A DNA stretch of 63,647 bases, counting the filler, from Octopus bimaculoides (lineage: Eukaryota): the NCBI RefSeq assembly GCF_001194135.2. It is 6 parts of 6 records of this genome, joined end to end, with 100 filler letters (N's around TTAATTAATTAA, not from the genome) between each part and the next. Parts side by side here need not be neighbours in the genome. Positions count along the whole stretch, not along the records: positions 32,857 to 56,451 come from NC_068986.1; 5 more parts are not named here. One strand, 5' to 3'. Shown one piece after another: positions 36,236 to 49,876 of the stretch (the first letter of the stretch is position 1; each line of letters opens with the position of its first letter). The position numbers and the translations under genes are program-made. The notes under the pieces are model-generated. The model was not told where the DNA came from. It saw only the letters and a list, made by a program, of their open reading frames with translations, and did no database searches.

Positions 36236-37324
36236 TGTGTGTTCGTGTGTGTGTTCGTGTGTATGTTCGTGTGTATGAGAGAGAAAGAGAGAGAGTAAAT
36301 ACTACATNNNNNNNNNNNNNNNNNNNNNNNNNNNNNNNNNNNNNNNNNNNNNNNNNNNNNNNNNNNNNNNNNNNNNNNNNNNNNNNNNNNNNNNNNNNNN
36401 NNNNNNNNNNNNNNNNNNNNNNNNNNNNNNNNNNNNNNNNNNNNNNNNNNNNNNNNNNNNNNNNNNNNNNNNNNNNNNNNNNNNNNNNNNNNNNNNNNNN
36501 NNNNNNNNNNNNNNNNNNNNNNNNNNNNNNNNNNNNNNNNNNNNNNNNNNNNNNNNNNNNNNNNNNNNNNNNNNNNNNNNNNNNNNNNNNNNNNNNNNNN
36601 NNNNNNNNNNNNNNNNNNNNNNNNNNNNNNNNNNNNNNNNNNNNNNNNNNNNNNNNNNNNNNNNNNNNNNNNNNNNNNNNNNNNNNNNNNNNNNNNNNNN
36701 NNNNNNNNNNNNNNNNNNNNNNNNNNNNNNNNNNNNNNNNNNNNNNNNNNNNNNNNNNNNNNNNNNNNNNNNNNNNNNNNNNNNNNNNNNNNNNNNNNNN
36801 NNNNNNNNNNNNNNNNNNNNNNNNNNNNNNNNNNNNNNNNNNNNNNNNNNNNNNNNNNNNNNNNNNNNNNNNNNNNNNNNNNNNNNNNNNNNNNNNNNNN
36901 NNNNNNNNNNNNNNNNNNNNNNNNNNNNNNNNNNNNNNNNNNNNNNNNNNNNNNNNNNNNNNNNNNNNNNNNNNNNNNNNNNNNNNNNNNNNNNNNNNNN
37001 NNNNNNNNNNNNNNNNNNNNNNNNNNNNNNNNNNNNNNNNNNNNNNNNNNNNNNNNNNNNNNNNNNNNNNNNNNNNNNNNNNNNNNNNNNNNNNNNNNNN
37101 NNNNNNNNNNNNNNNNNNNNNNNNNNNNNNNNNNNNNNNNNNNNNNNNNNNNNNNNNNNNNNNNNNNNNNNNNNNNNNNNNNNNNNNNNNNNNNNNNNNN
37201 NNNNNNNNNNNNNNNNNNNNNNNNNNNNNNNNNNNNNNNNNNNNNNNNNNNNNNNNNNNNNNNNNNNNNNNNNNNNNNNNNNNNNNNNNNNNNNNNNNNN
37301 NNTCATGTAAATCATTTTTTTCAT

Positions 37325-37620
37325 TTAATCATCATCATCATCATCATCGTTTAACATCCGCTTTCCATGCTAGCATGGGTTGGACGATTTGACTGAGGAC
37401 TGGTGAAACCGGATGGCAACACCAGGCTCCAATCTAATCTGGCAGAGTTTCTACAGCTGGATGCCCTTCCTAACGCCAAACACTCAGAGAGTGTAGTGGG
37501 TGCTTTTACGAGTCACCCGCACGAAGGCCAGTCAGGCGGTACTGGCAACGGCCACGCTCGAAATGGTGTATTTTATGTGCCACCCGCACAAGAGCCAGTC
37601 CAGGGACACTGGCAACGATC
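37325..37620 (-). mobile_element. SINE-like family E with (GAT)n tail
   Basis: The reverse complement contains AGGAAGGGCATCCAGCTGTAGAAAC and ends CCCATGCTAGCATGGAAAGCGGATGTTAAACGATGATGATG. Confidence 0.7.
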
Positions 37621-37764
37621 CCCATTTTAATTTTCATAAAAGTTTCCAAGTACCAATGAGGAACTCAAAATTTGTACATTGTTTCTGTTGTCATATCTCT
37701 GGTAGGATGAGTTTAGAACGTAATGCATCCCTTGTCAAGTATACTATAATTCATATATACATAG

Positions 37765-38060
37765 AGCCATGTGTGTATCATACTCAATGCACAAGATCGC
37801 AAAAGGCAACTGTACCAGGGTATCCGTCTAGAGATGAAGTCTCATATGGACGTGTGCTTATAACAGGATATATACCGGAAAGTAAAGGAAATCATCTTAC
37901 CAGCGGTTACAGAGTACGCTACATGTGTTGCTACTTTTTGCGCCAAAACTGATGACTAGACGAAATTTGTCTACAGACATGTCGACGAACAGTGAATAAA
38001 AATTCTATGGTGCTGTGAATAACCATCTGACTGAATAAAAGTCCGTTATATGCAAGGGAA
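37765..38060 (+). pseudogene. FN3-like coding remnant with in-frame stops
   Basis: One frame reads EPCVYHTQC..ATVPGYPSRDEVSYGRVLITGYIPESKGNHLTSGYRVRY..**..ITI*LNKSPLY. A possible acceptor is TAG at 37762-37764. Confidence 0.35.
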
Positions 38061-38541
38061 GATTATAATAGCCTTCCACGTGTCATGCGTCTATGTAAAT
38101 ATGTGATGAAAGACAAATTTACTACGGTATTCCTCCGGATAACTATCTTTTATCGACGTGCTGCACTTGAAAACACAATATATTCATCGATCGAAGAAGA
38201 AAATTGTTTCAACAGTATTTTTTCCTGGGTGAGCGTTGTCAGTATCGTGTACCTCTGTATGCCGGACACGAAAAGTTTCCTGTAAGGGTTTGACTGTGAT
38301 TACACGATATTGAAAATATCGAAGGACGTAGAAATCCATCAGGCATTCTCACGTAACGATGTTGTGACGATCTTCGTCTCCCCATTATATATATTGTTTT
38401 TTAAGCGCAGCATGGTGATATTTACTCCGGACGAATGTATTTAAGCTACGATGCTATCAACATACTCGCTGACCTTAACAACGAAACTTTACTTCATACA
38501 GTTCTATATTTCAGAGATGAGGAATTATGTACATTATTTAT

Positions 38542-38661
38542 ATTATTTACATTTGACGGATATTTGTCCTGATCTTGATGAAGGCTGGAGGGTATATCAG
38601 CCGAAACGTTGTGTTAACAACAAACAAGATGAGGACAAATATCTGTCAAATATAAATAATG
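38542..38661 (+). ncRNA. Hammerhead-like core inside a 36 bp inverted repeat
   Basis: TTGATGA-A-GGCTG-loop-CAGCC-GAAA-CGTT (38575-38610), with C3 replaced by T. The arms at 38542-38577 and 38625-38660 have 3 mismatches. Confidence 0.6.
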
Positions 38662-38691
38662 AAACATTACTTATTTAACGAGAAACTCTAT

Positions 38692-38795
38692 TACATCACC
38701 TGATGAGATGCTTCTGCATCTAAATTCATTGTATAGCTTCCCACCCGCGAGAGAGCGATGTAGGATATGTGAGTCGAAACGATTGGTGTGATGTA
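38692..38795 (+). ncRNA. Type I hammerhead-like motif with a long stem II
   Basis: TACATCAC-CTGATGA (38700-38706)-GA..TC-GAAA (38776-38779)-cgattggt-GTGATGTA. The 8 bp stem I is perfect; the stem III and cleavage triplet are degenerate. Confidence 0.6.
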
Positions 38796-38887
38796 TAAAA
38801 TCGTCACATAATATATTTACAGATAAATTCCTCTATTTACATAATATCGAGGTCTCTTTCATTCTTTTGTTGTCTTAACATTTCTAT

Positions 38888-38964
<77 letters not shown>

Positions 38965-40249
38965 ATAATTTAATAGGATCCAAATATCATGATGTAGGAA
39001 GGTAGTAAGCTTCAAGCAAGTACATAGCTAGTATGCATGCTAAAAGGTGGACCTCGTATGCACTAAAAGGAACTTATTAACGATCGTGCATTACACACTT
39101 CGCCCTTTATTGAAATCAATGGAAATATCGATAAGTTGGCAGTCACTTTATAACTCACAGTTTAGCAACTAAAGTTGCTCGAAAATGCGAATAAAAGTCC
39201 GAGAATGTAAGGAATGGAAAAGGTAAATAAAGACTACAAATTTACTTATTTCCACACAACTTGACGATAATAGGACCTAAAGATAAGATACGCAGGTTTT
39301 GTGTGTTGCAGGTTATGTAATAAAGTTTGTTTGAGCTATGAAACATTTGTAACCTTTATTTACGTTTACCATTATCCGGTTTTTATCTGCACTTTTGGCA
39401 ACTTCAATTGCTTAACCGTGAGTCATACATATATGTACATCTAAATATATACGTATAAACATATATATTTACACATAAACTACATACATGCATACATACG
39501 TACATATATAAAAATACGTGTATTTTGTATGTATGTATGTATGTATGTATGTTTGTATGTATCGAAGGCCACCTCTCATTGGCTTGATATAAAATTTCCA
39601 ATGGTGGCTTCCCAGATAAATCGTAGTCGAAATAAACTAAAATGACAGGCGTTATAAATCTTTTCGTTTGTGAATCAAAACTTATATTGTTCAATATAGC
39701 GTTTTTTTTTTTTTTTTTTNNNNNNNNNNTTTTTTTTTTTTTGTTTATTTCAAGACCTTCGTGTGTCATTATGAAACACACAGCTGCCATTTTCAGTGGT
39801 TTGAGCGATGGCGTCAGCTCTTTACTGACTTACTTTTTTCTGGCTTCTTCTCTTTCCATCTATTTCCCCACTCTCTTCCTCTTCGTCTTACACTTTGAAT
39901 TTTTATATCTTCTGATTATCTAACCGAAGTAACATGCTAGTTATCTCACCAGTTCTACCTAGAGGCGGTGTTAGCTTTGAATAAGCTAGACAGGCTGAAT
40001 TAATGTTTTCTTTTACTATTGCATATATACATATTGACATGTTAGCATCATTAATATTAAATTTTAATAGACATCATATTTCTTTCATATATAATGTGAA
40101 TAGACTGTGTATCGAATTTAGATTATAATAATAGATCTTCTATGTCGCTATAACCGAAAATGAAAAAAGGAAAATGAGGGGAATCAGGAATATCTTCAGT
40201 TGAAGAACACAGATTCGATTAATACGATCTAGATTACTGGTTGCGAGCT

Positions 40250-41560
40250 GTGTTCCCGGGCTACCAAAATGATTAAAGGCCTGGGTCAACCAGCAGTAAA
40301 CCACCCAAGTGTAATATTGATTGTGCTCTTCTAGGATGTTTCCAGCAGAGGGCTTTCAGCGTACAAGTAGCTTGAGGAATAAGAGCCTGAAAGAAGAATT
40401 ATTAAGGTCAGCTCTTCTTTTAGATTTATCAACGAAGAACGCATGGTGACACGAACGCTAGAACACATACTGGGAAAGAGTCACTGTAAAGTCAAGAAGG
40501 AAATATCAAGCAACTGAGGTGGTCCAGCTGGCATTGGAGATACTGAAACATAAGGCCCTTTTTAGGAGCGGAGCACAGAGCAGGACCGAGCTGGGCAGTG
40601 CAAAAAATAACTGACATGACACAATCAGTCGGAAGGAAAGGCGGACTGTACTGTAGAAGAAGGTGCAAGCGTCAGTAGAAGGAGTGAATAGTAGAGTGGT
40701 GGCAAGAAAGACACAGAGCATCTAGATGATAGGAAACAGGTAATAAGGCGGAATGCCACTTGGCAAGTCATTTGGAAGTGAAAACCTGAAAGAACCAAGT
40801 TCTCAGTTTTGGAGTATATGATTTTCCTTACAAGCCTCAGTGTTCTAATGATACTCAGGCACACCCCGAGTTACTGTTTGCTATAAGGTACTAGAAGAGT
40901 GATGCTATTGCTAGAGAGACATGACCAGGTCCTCAAGACTCTCTTTAAGACAACTAGCTAAATGATAAGTGACAGCGAAAATGCTCTCACTACAGACCGA
41001 AATTTCGTACATGTTAAAGAGAGAGTGTGTGACTGACGAAAGACAGCGCGGTTCCGATGATTTTCTTTGTACACGGCTCTGTGATGTAAATTTTTCTAGG
41101 GAAGCAGTTAAAATTTCATTACATACCATCATGATCTCGTTGAGACAACATATCATCTTGACTTCTGAGTTAACTGGGTAGCTCATCGTATTGGCGTAAA
41201 TAGCTCCACGCAAGAAAAGGAGTGAAAGGCAAAAGAGTAGAAGAGAGCAAAGCACCAAGACTTGGTGAACTAGGATTGTCCCAGAAACGGCTGGAGGACC
41301 AATTGTTTGTCAGTGGAGGTGGGATGTTGAGGATTCACGCCTCATTCTCTCAGTAAAGTTTACGGAGTCGTGAGTATTACAGAAATAAATAGAAGAAAAG
41401 CAAGAAGATTGAAGAGGCTGATGATAAGGGTCTAGAAGCTCTGGTTGAAAAGAGATATCCGGTAGGGTCCCTAGATTACTAATAAGTCAGATCTAAGCTT
41501 GACTAGATAAATTCAGATTGCCTGGATGAGGGTGTATGTTGTAAAATCAGATTCATCTAG
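40250..41560 (-). mobile_element. Highly decayed CR1/L2-group LINE
   Basis: Weak frameshifted motifs: HP..GN..LDL (APE end), FYSTVRL..LCAPLLKR..YFLLDF and NNSSFR (post-RT region). Confidence 0.45.
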
Positions 41561-41599
41561 TGATGTCAGTCTACAACCCTATTAATATTAATATTTCTA

Positions 41600-41950
41600 G
41601 CGGAATATCCGGGATATTCGACGCACATGAAATATTCGCAATAGAATCTCTTATTTCGTCTCATAATCGATTAGAAATAAACAATTCCTACATCCAATGT
41701 AGCTCTCAAATTTTACTTATATGCCAAACTGTTGCAAATAGGGTATAGTACAAGCAGCTTCATTGATTTCTTCACGATATCTGTCGAATAATCAATCATG
41801 CCCCCAACTTTATATATGGCTAACATGCAAATAGAAAATTCAAAGGCGCTAAAATGCTTGACTTCCCTATTATTGATGATTCATTCTGGCAACCATTTTC
41901 CCCCAACCTATCAAAAGCCGCATCATGCCAGGAGATACTCAAGCTCTCAA
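41600..41950 (+). mobile_element. Possible Penelope-like RT fragment
   Basis: Degenerate HNRLEINNSYIQ, MPPT.YMA and IIDDSFW. Confidence 0.35.
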
Positions 41951-42113
41951 CAATTAATAAATCTACAAAGCTTAAGACAGTCCTATAATGGGTGCAGCCG
42001 GTACACAAGCAAACGATTATATTACATGCAAAAAGTCAGCTAATTAAATGCTATGAATTCACACTCCAACTTCTATTCCACTTTGCCTTTTCTGTACTTC
42101 TCTTGTAGAAGTG

Positions 42114-42959
42114 CAGGGTGTTCGGGATAAATTTCACAGTTTGCATAAAAGGAAAATAAATTACAATATCTCATCCAAAAATAAAGCATTTTAAAAAATC
42201 AAAAAATGTCAGCTAGATTTTGGTTTGGAGAAAACAGTTAAAAGTAGCCGCCCACAACTTCCATCACGTCCTCGGGATGGTTTCGGAACCTACCGCATAC
42301 ATTCCTCACTTTGTCTGTGGGAAGATATTCAAACACCTCCTTGATCTTGGTCACCAGCTCTGCCTTGGTGCTGCAGGCAGAGCAGTTGTGTTTTTCTCAA
42401 CTGCACCCCACACATTGTAATCCACGGGATTGCAATTTGAAGAATTGGGAGACCAGAAATTGGGGCTGGTGAAGTTCTAGAAATTCTCCGACGACTGCTT
42501 CTGACTCTTTCTGCAGGTATGGCAAGGAGACGAATCCTGCAGCCCAACAGTGGATTTCTAGTAGCAATATTCTCCAGCCAGGGATTGACTATAGTCTCCG
42601 GAAGCTTCATGTAGCAGTGTGAATGGAACCCAAGGTGCTGTTCCGACGTGTGTACGTAGTCAGAACGCTTGTTGTGTCCCTTCCTGCTGGTTATCATAAC
42701 GTAGTCTCCGTTGCAGCTGTGCATCTCCCGTCTTACAGCTTTTACAGTGTTCACGGAGCATTGAGAAGCAGTCCTGATGTTGGCCTTTTGACGTGATACG
42801 CATAACCCTTTTCCAATATTCAGATGTTTTTAGTTTTCCATATCAGCTAACTTTTTCTAAATGAAACTTTTATGTCTATGCTCTCCAATGCTTTTGACAG
42901 TTCACCAATACATCGACCTAAACTGAAAAAATATTGCCGCCTTTATCACGAGCACACTG
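42114..42959 (-). mobile_element. maT (DD37D) transposon, internally deleted
   Basis: TIRs CAGGGTGTTCGGGATAAA and reverse-complement CAGTGTGCTCGTGATAAA match at 15 of 18, with TA on the right. The minus strand reads LQDSSPCHT..FWSPNSSNCNPVDYNVWGAVE, with exactly 37 codons between the Asp residues. Confidence 0.88.
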
Positions 42960-43273
42960 TATTTGATCCTATATAGTGTCTTGGGCAAACTTATCTTTCT
43001 AAGAAAGACAGCGGCTCAAGATTTATTAGTGGAATTAGGTAAACAAAATTTCTATGAAAGGGTATCAGAATGTAAATTAATAAAAAGGTTCAACCGTGAG
43101 ACATGTTGAGTCACGCTAACTCTGTGTAGGAATTACTTCAAGGATACACCATGTACGGAATACTCAGCTACATATACGCAAATTCAATGGTCAAACCACT
43201 CAATCGGTCGAACAAATCATGGTCAGAAATTCTAAACGAGATCCGTTTGTTAATCATCTTTCTTTCTGACAAG

Positions 43274-43658
43274 ATAGGCGCAGGGATCATTGTGTGGTTA
43301 AGAAGCTCGCTTTGTAATCATATGGATTCGGGTTCAATCCCATTGCGTAGGACATTGCACTAGTGTTTTCTACCTCAGTTCCAAGCTAACCAGTGCCTTG
43401 TGAATGAGTTTCGTAGGCGGAAAGTGTGCAGAAACCCGTTGCATATAAGTATATGTATGTGTCTGTATTTATGTCTGTCTTTTTATCCACCGATTTTGGT
43501 TTGCTTAAGTTTTCAGGAATTTGTTGTCCGGTTAAAGTTGCTGCCAGAATAAGTACCGGTCTTAAAAATAAGTACTGGAGTCAATTTTTTCGATTAAAAC
43601 CCTTCAAGGTGGTGCCCCAGCATGACCACAATCCAATAATCGAAACAACTAAAAGATA
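43274..43658 (+). mobile_element. tRNA-derived SINE family A, near full length
   Basis: Head GGCGCAGG..TGTGTGGTTAAG (A box) and GGTTCAATCCC (B box), an internal microsatellite, and the family A tail. Confidence 0.85.
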
Positions 43659-44204
43659 GAAGGAGAAAGGTAGAAGTAGCTTTTACCATTCACGATCGAT
43701 TGATTTCGTGTCACCTCTACGCAGATTCACAGGATACATTCATGTCTGTCTACGTCCAAACATGCGTAACTCTAGATACAATAACAAGGATATCTATTTA
43801 TTCCTCTTCTCAACGCAGGCTCTCTGGATTTTTTTCCTCTACCCATATTTTTTTCTGTCAATCTCCCTGAATTCGAGAGGTCACTGAAAATCATAAACAC
43901 TGCATCATAGATGTTTTTGCAAACTACTTGCAGATGCAAGTGGTACCAACTGAAATCTCCGCATACAGGATCTAGCAAGAAGAGAATGCGCGTTGTTTCG
44001 GGTCCTTCCTCTCGAAGGCATCATTGTGCACCGTCTCCCGCCTCACTGAAATGAGACCCCACTTGCTAGATCAAAAGGTTATTAGGTTTTACTCAGTATA
44101 AACAGATTGCTCAAGCCCACTATCCGTCCAAATATACTTACAATAATAAATCTCCGCATCTACAATAATGCTGTCTATTATAGGCACAGGTCTGAAATAT
44201 GTAA

Positions 44205-44345
44205 GAGGGAACCTAGACTATTACACTAACCCCAGTACTCAACTCGCATTTATATCCCTGATCCCGAAAGGATGAAAGGCATAATCGACCTCTGTAGAAT
44301 TTGAACTTAGAACGTTCAGATGAAATGCCACTAAACACATTTTTC
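44205..44345 (-). mobile_element. SINE family B, diverged fragment
   Basis: CCCGAAAGGATGAAAGGC..TCGACC..GAATTTGAAC matches the family B reverse complement. Confidence 0.7.
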
Positions 44346-45132
44346 CCAGTATACAAAAAAAAAAAAGTATACTTCTGAGAGATACACTTATATTTCTGAA
44401 TAGAACACACAAAACATTTTAGGATGCAACTGGAAATTCTTATTTAAAGTTTTTGAGTGTATTACACCTTTCTACAAATATACTGAACTTAGCAACATAC
44501 CAAATGTTTCCTATATAACCCCATTGCAGTTTGAAATTCTCTGCTGAAACCTGTTTTCTCTCATTGCACAAAAACTGTTGCAGTTGTAAACAAATATTAG
44601 TCGCATTAAAAGAAAAATTTTAAGCCTGAAAGGTCCACTGCATAGCTTCAAGGTAAATAGTTGCGCAATGTACTTGCAATAATAAATAGAGGTACACACG
44701 CATAGACTTGCAATTACATACGAAAGTCCACGCACACATATATACAGGCATACACTTTTCACTACTGCAAAACCTTTGATATGATTAAGTATGTATGTAT
44801 GTATGTATGTATGTATGTATGTTTGTATGTATGTTTGCATGTATTGTATACACGCACACAGAGACACTCACACACACAGAGACATTCACACACACATACA
44901 AGTAAAGACACACATACATATACTGTTGAGTAGAAATGTCAGATTAATATTCATTTTTATTCATAATCGCAGCACTAACATATTAGTTTATAAGCATACA
45001 CAAACGCATATTAAAACATATTAATGATGATATACACAGAAGAAGTAAGAAACAGAAACAGAGAGGAAGATCGAGTGAAGACATTGGAGACATAGAATTG
45101 GAGTGTAGAAAAAGCAATACATAAACAGAGAG

Positions 45133-45165
<33 letters not shown>

Positions 45166-45612
45166 GTAATTTGTACGCTAAAGATAGTATATCATTTCAA
45201 TATTAGCTTAAATATCTTATGATTTTTTTTCCATGTAATTTAGATTCCAGAGAATTAAACTAACTGCAGTCTGAAAGAAATTTATTAAAATATTTTTCTG
45301 ATTTTTTTTTCTTTTTCTGTAGTTTCTTTTACTTTTTCTCCGAAAGTTCATTGAATTGATACAATAACTATCTATTTATGTATCTATCAGTCAGTTTTTC
45401 AATCTGTTTAATTATCTATGATTTTAGCTATTTATCAATCAATCTCTCTTTTTCTCAAAGTTTATATTCATTCGTCTGTCCACCTAACTATTCATCCATT
45501 CACCCTATGTACCTATGTAGCTAATTACCTCTTAAGGAAGCTATCAATCAAAACTAATCAGTTTATCATTCGATCTATGTACCATCCTACATGAGTCAAC
45601 CTCGCCACCCAC

Positions 45613-45643
<31 letters not shown>

Positions 45644-45644
45644 C

Positions 45645-45693
<49 letters not shown>

Positions 45694-46402
45694 GCTAGCT
45701 AGCTAGCTACCCCCCCCCCCCCATATATATATGTATACATGCATACAATTGTGCGAAATTATACATATGTATGGGTATGCGTACATATGTTTCTGTAATG
45801 TGCTTATAGATGTATTGGTTAGCATACACCTGTTTATGTGCAAAACATATTAAACACGTATTTGTAAATAAACAGACATTTAAAATTACGACACATACAA
45901 ACTTCCAGACACGCAGAGATACACGCATTCACACATTTTTACGAAGGCGTCTATATATTCTTTAAAAATTGTAATCACATAAGGCACAAACACATTCATG
46001 AATTGGGTGTTTTCTGGTGCAAAACATCATGTAAACGGGTGCAGGTAAATCTAAATGTCATGAAAAATAACATCTGTTCCATTGGAATTTTTTCTCTTAA
46101 ATCACAGCTGAGCAAAACTAGACGTTGGTTGGACCATTAATCAACTGTTATATATCAGACTTGACTCACACTGCAATAAGATAAACTTTACATAATTATA
46201 TATGTAGGCATGATTCCGATACGCCATTAAGCACCCCGTATGTACATACACGGAAGCGTGATAATGTACGAGCATTTTCGCCGTGATGTAATTATCTTCA
46301 TATGAATGTTAGCTGTAACTATTTGCACACACAGACACACATATGCACACACAGACACACGTATGCACACAGACACACATATGCACACACACACGTTCTC
46401 TG

Positions 46403-46434
<32 letters not shown>

Positions 46435-46761
46435 CACACACGCACACACACACTCAGACACATATAAATACTCTCTCCCTCCAAACACAAGCACAAATAT
46501 ATTCGACTTCTCATAGAGCAGGTGAAAAATATATTGAATGATATATGGTGTTCCGTTCCGCAAATTGTGTTTTTAATTTCATCTGATTGAATTTAGCAAT
46601 GCTAAGCGCAAGCAGTGTAACTGTATTAGTATATATCTGCAGTTGTTCGGTGGTAAGTACATATTTGCACACAACACGGCATGCCTAATTGATGTTAAAG
46701 AAATACATATTTTATAAACCACATCTATATTTACACACACACACACACACATATATATATA

Positions 46762-46795
<34 letters not shown>

Positions 46796-48239
46796 NNNNN
46801 NNNNNNNNNNNNNNNNNNNNNNNNNNNNNNNNNNNNNNNNNNNNNNNNNNNNNNNNNNNNNNNNNNNNNNNNNNNNNNNNNNNNNNNNNNNNNNNNNNNN
46901 NNNNNNNNNNNNNNNNNNNNNNNNNNNNNNNNNNNNNNNNNNNNNNNNNNNNNNNNNNNNNNNNNNNNNNNNNNNNNNNNNNNNNNNNNNNNNNNNNNNN
47001 NNNNNNNNNNNNNNNNNNNNNNNNNNNNNNNNNNNNNNNNNNNNNNNNNNNNNNNNNNNNNNNNNNNNNNNNNNNNNNNNNNNNNNNNNNNNNNNNNNNN
47101 NNNNNNNNNNNNNNNNNNNNNNNNNNNNNNNNNNNNNNNNNNNNNNNNNNNNNNNNNNNNNNNNNNNNNNNNNNNNNNNNNNNNNNNNNNNNNNNNNNNN
47201 NNNNNNNNNNNNNNNNNNNNNNNNNNNNNNNNNNNNNNNNNNNNNNNNNNNNNNNNNNNNNNNNNNNNNNNNNNNNNNNNNNNNNNNNNNNNNNNNNNNN
47301 NNNNNNNNNNNNNNNNNNNNNNNNNNNNNNNNNNNNNNNNNNNNNNNNNNNNNNNNNNNNNNNNNNNNNNNNNNNNNNNNNNNNNNNNNNNNNNNNNNNN
47401 NNNNNNNNNNNNNNNNNNNNNNNNNNNNNNNNNNNNNNNNNNNNNNNNNNNNNNNNNNNNNNNNNNNNNNNNNNNNNNNNNNNNNNNNNNNNNNNNNNNN
47501 NNNNNNNNNNNNNNNNNNNNNNNNNNNNNNNNNNNNNNNNNNNNNNNNNNNNNNNNNNNNNNNNNNCCACCACCACCATCACCTTAAAATACGTCAAAAC
47601 GACCACGAGCAACAGTTAGAGAGATGCTTGCACCAACAATTGGGGAGTTGTTATTGCTACTAACCGAAACGCCGAGCAGTTTAAACGAAAATAACGAAAT
47701 TGATGTAAATACATATTTCTGGAACTGCTTCCTTCTGAAGATAGGCATTTACACCTGAATTATATATTTATTTTGTTCTTCGTAAAACTTCCTGCTTTCT
47801 TAGAAGCTTTTTTCTTTAATGTCCCTTTCATTTTCTACATCATACAAGTAGTCGTTTATAGACCAGCAACATCTACAAGACTAAGCTATACATTAAACTG
47901 AAGCTCGCAATTCTTTTCTATATACCATAATTTAAACAGGTAAATAATAGCTACTACGTTGAGGTACACAACAGACTATGAAGACTCAAATGAATAACAT
48001 TTGAATGAGTAATACACTGTTCCTTTGATTTTTCATATGCTGTGTACCTCAACCCAGCAGCGTGTCATTATTTAACTGTTCAAATTGTGAGAGCTTCAAT
48101 ATTATGTGTTGCATAATCTTCAAGATATTACACGTCTGTATATGCCTATTTGTATGATGTTATGTCAATAAAATTTCTTAAGAAAATATTTGTAGATATA
48201 CTACAAAGTCAGTTCGCCTCGTTTATTATTATCATTGTC

Positions 48240-48696
48240 ATTGAGTGAGAGAGCAGTGCATGCTATCAAAGTGACACTGGGACAAAATATACGAAACCCA
48301 GTATACACATCAGACTGATAAGGGTACACCAAGTACATGCATCACAACCATATGTGCGTGACATAGTGAACTCATATCAGGATAAACAGTGCATAACCTT
48401 GCAGGTGGGGCCCAGTTAGAATTTTCTGCAGGTCGAGTAGCACATCCCACTCAAAAGGTATCTGAATAAGGGTTGTTTAAGGATATTGAACAAAATACCA
48501 ATGTTTCCAAAGGTGAATTATCCAAACCCTATAGAATTCCTCACAACACATGGCTGTGATGTTCCCCCACAACTTCTGCTCGTGATCAGAGACGCACACA
48601 TCACTAGCCACCAAAGGACATGTTCAACTGGTTAAAGTCAAGCAACTGATAAGCAAATTTGTGGTATTGAGCAGAATATTTGTTGTATACCAACAC
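48240..48696 (-). mobile_element. Non-coding repeat family D
   Basis: Reverse complement of ~29725-30171, bounded by TTA-rich repeats. Confidence 0.85.
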
Positions 48697-48766
48697 ATTA
48701 TTATTATTATTATTATATCTTCATCATCATCATCATCATCGTTGTCGTCGTCATTGTTGTTGTTAC

Positions 48767-48797
<31 letters not shown>

Positions 48798-48800
<3 letters not shown>

Positions 48801-49116
48801 TAGTTTTATTTTTATAACGTGCTTTCACTTCACTACCGAGCGCAGCTCTGTGCGCCTTGGGTATGTGCTGTGGTGCTCTTATGGTTACTGTATTGAAAGT
48901 GTTTTGCGTAGAATGTGTGCAGTACCCAGTAGTGCAATTTTCTGTATGTTATATATATTTGTAAGTCCTGGTGTTTTTTTTATGTATTTGTCTGAATATT
49001 TTTTTATTATACCTAAGGCACCTACTATGATAGGAATTGTTTCTGTTTTTAGATTCCACATTCGAGTTATCTCTATTTCCAGGTCTTTGTATTTTGAAAG
49101 TTTTTCCATTTCTTTT
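48798..49116 (-). mobile_element. R4/Dong 3' end (RLE C-terminus plus 3' UTR)
   Basis: ORF 48885..49109 reads KYKDLEIEITRMW..PIIVGALG..IALLGTAHILRKTL. It ends ACTACTG|AATAATAAT. Confidence 0.9.
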
Positions 49117-49437
49117 NNNNNNNNNNNNNNNNNNNNNNNNNNNNNNNNNNNNNNNNNNNNNNNNNNNNNNNNNNNNNNNNNNNNNNNNNNNNNNNNNNNN
49201 NNNNNNNNNNNNNNNNNNNNNNNNNNNNNNNNNNNNNNNNNNNNNNNNNNNNNNNNNNNNNNNNNNNNNNNNNNNNNNNNNNNNNNNNNNNNNNNNNNNN
49301 NNNNNNNNNNNNNNNNNNNNNNNNNNNNNNNNNNNNNNNNNNNNNNNNNNNNNNNNNNNNNNNNNNNNNNNNNNNNNNNNNNNNNNNNNNNNNNNNNNNN
49401 NNNNNNNNNNNNNNNNNNNNNNNNNNNNNNNNNNNNN

Positions 49438-49835
<398 letters not shown>

Positions 49836-49876
49836 TGTCAGTTGTATGTATGTATGTATGTATATATGTATGTATG

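Noticed and set aside
36235-37392. Very long ORFs such as 385 aa, 405 aa (55028..56245) and 324 aa (46689..47663)
   Set aside because: They are open only because they run through N gaps.
37946-37970. CTGATGA..GAAA close pair
   Set aside because: No stem II can form between the motifs, so it is a chance match.
43120-43900. FN3-like peptide (ELLQGYTMYGI..KSWSE, 43120) and FTP-like peptide (TITRISIY..RRLSGFF, ~43726) after AG sites
   Set aside because: There is no convincing donor, the second frame ends in a stop, and the resemblance is too weak to support without a profile search.
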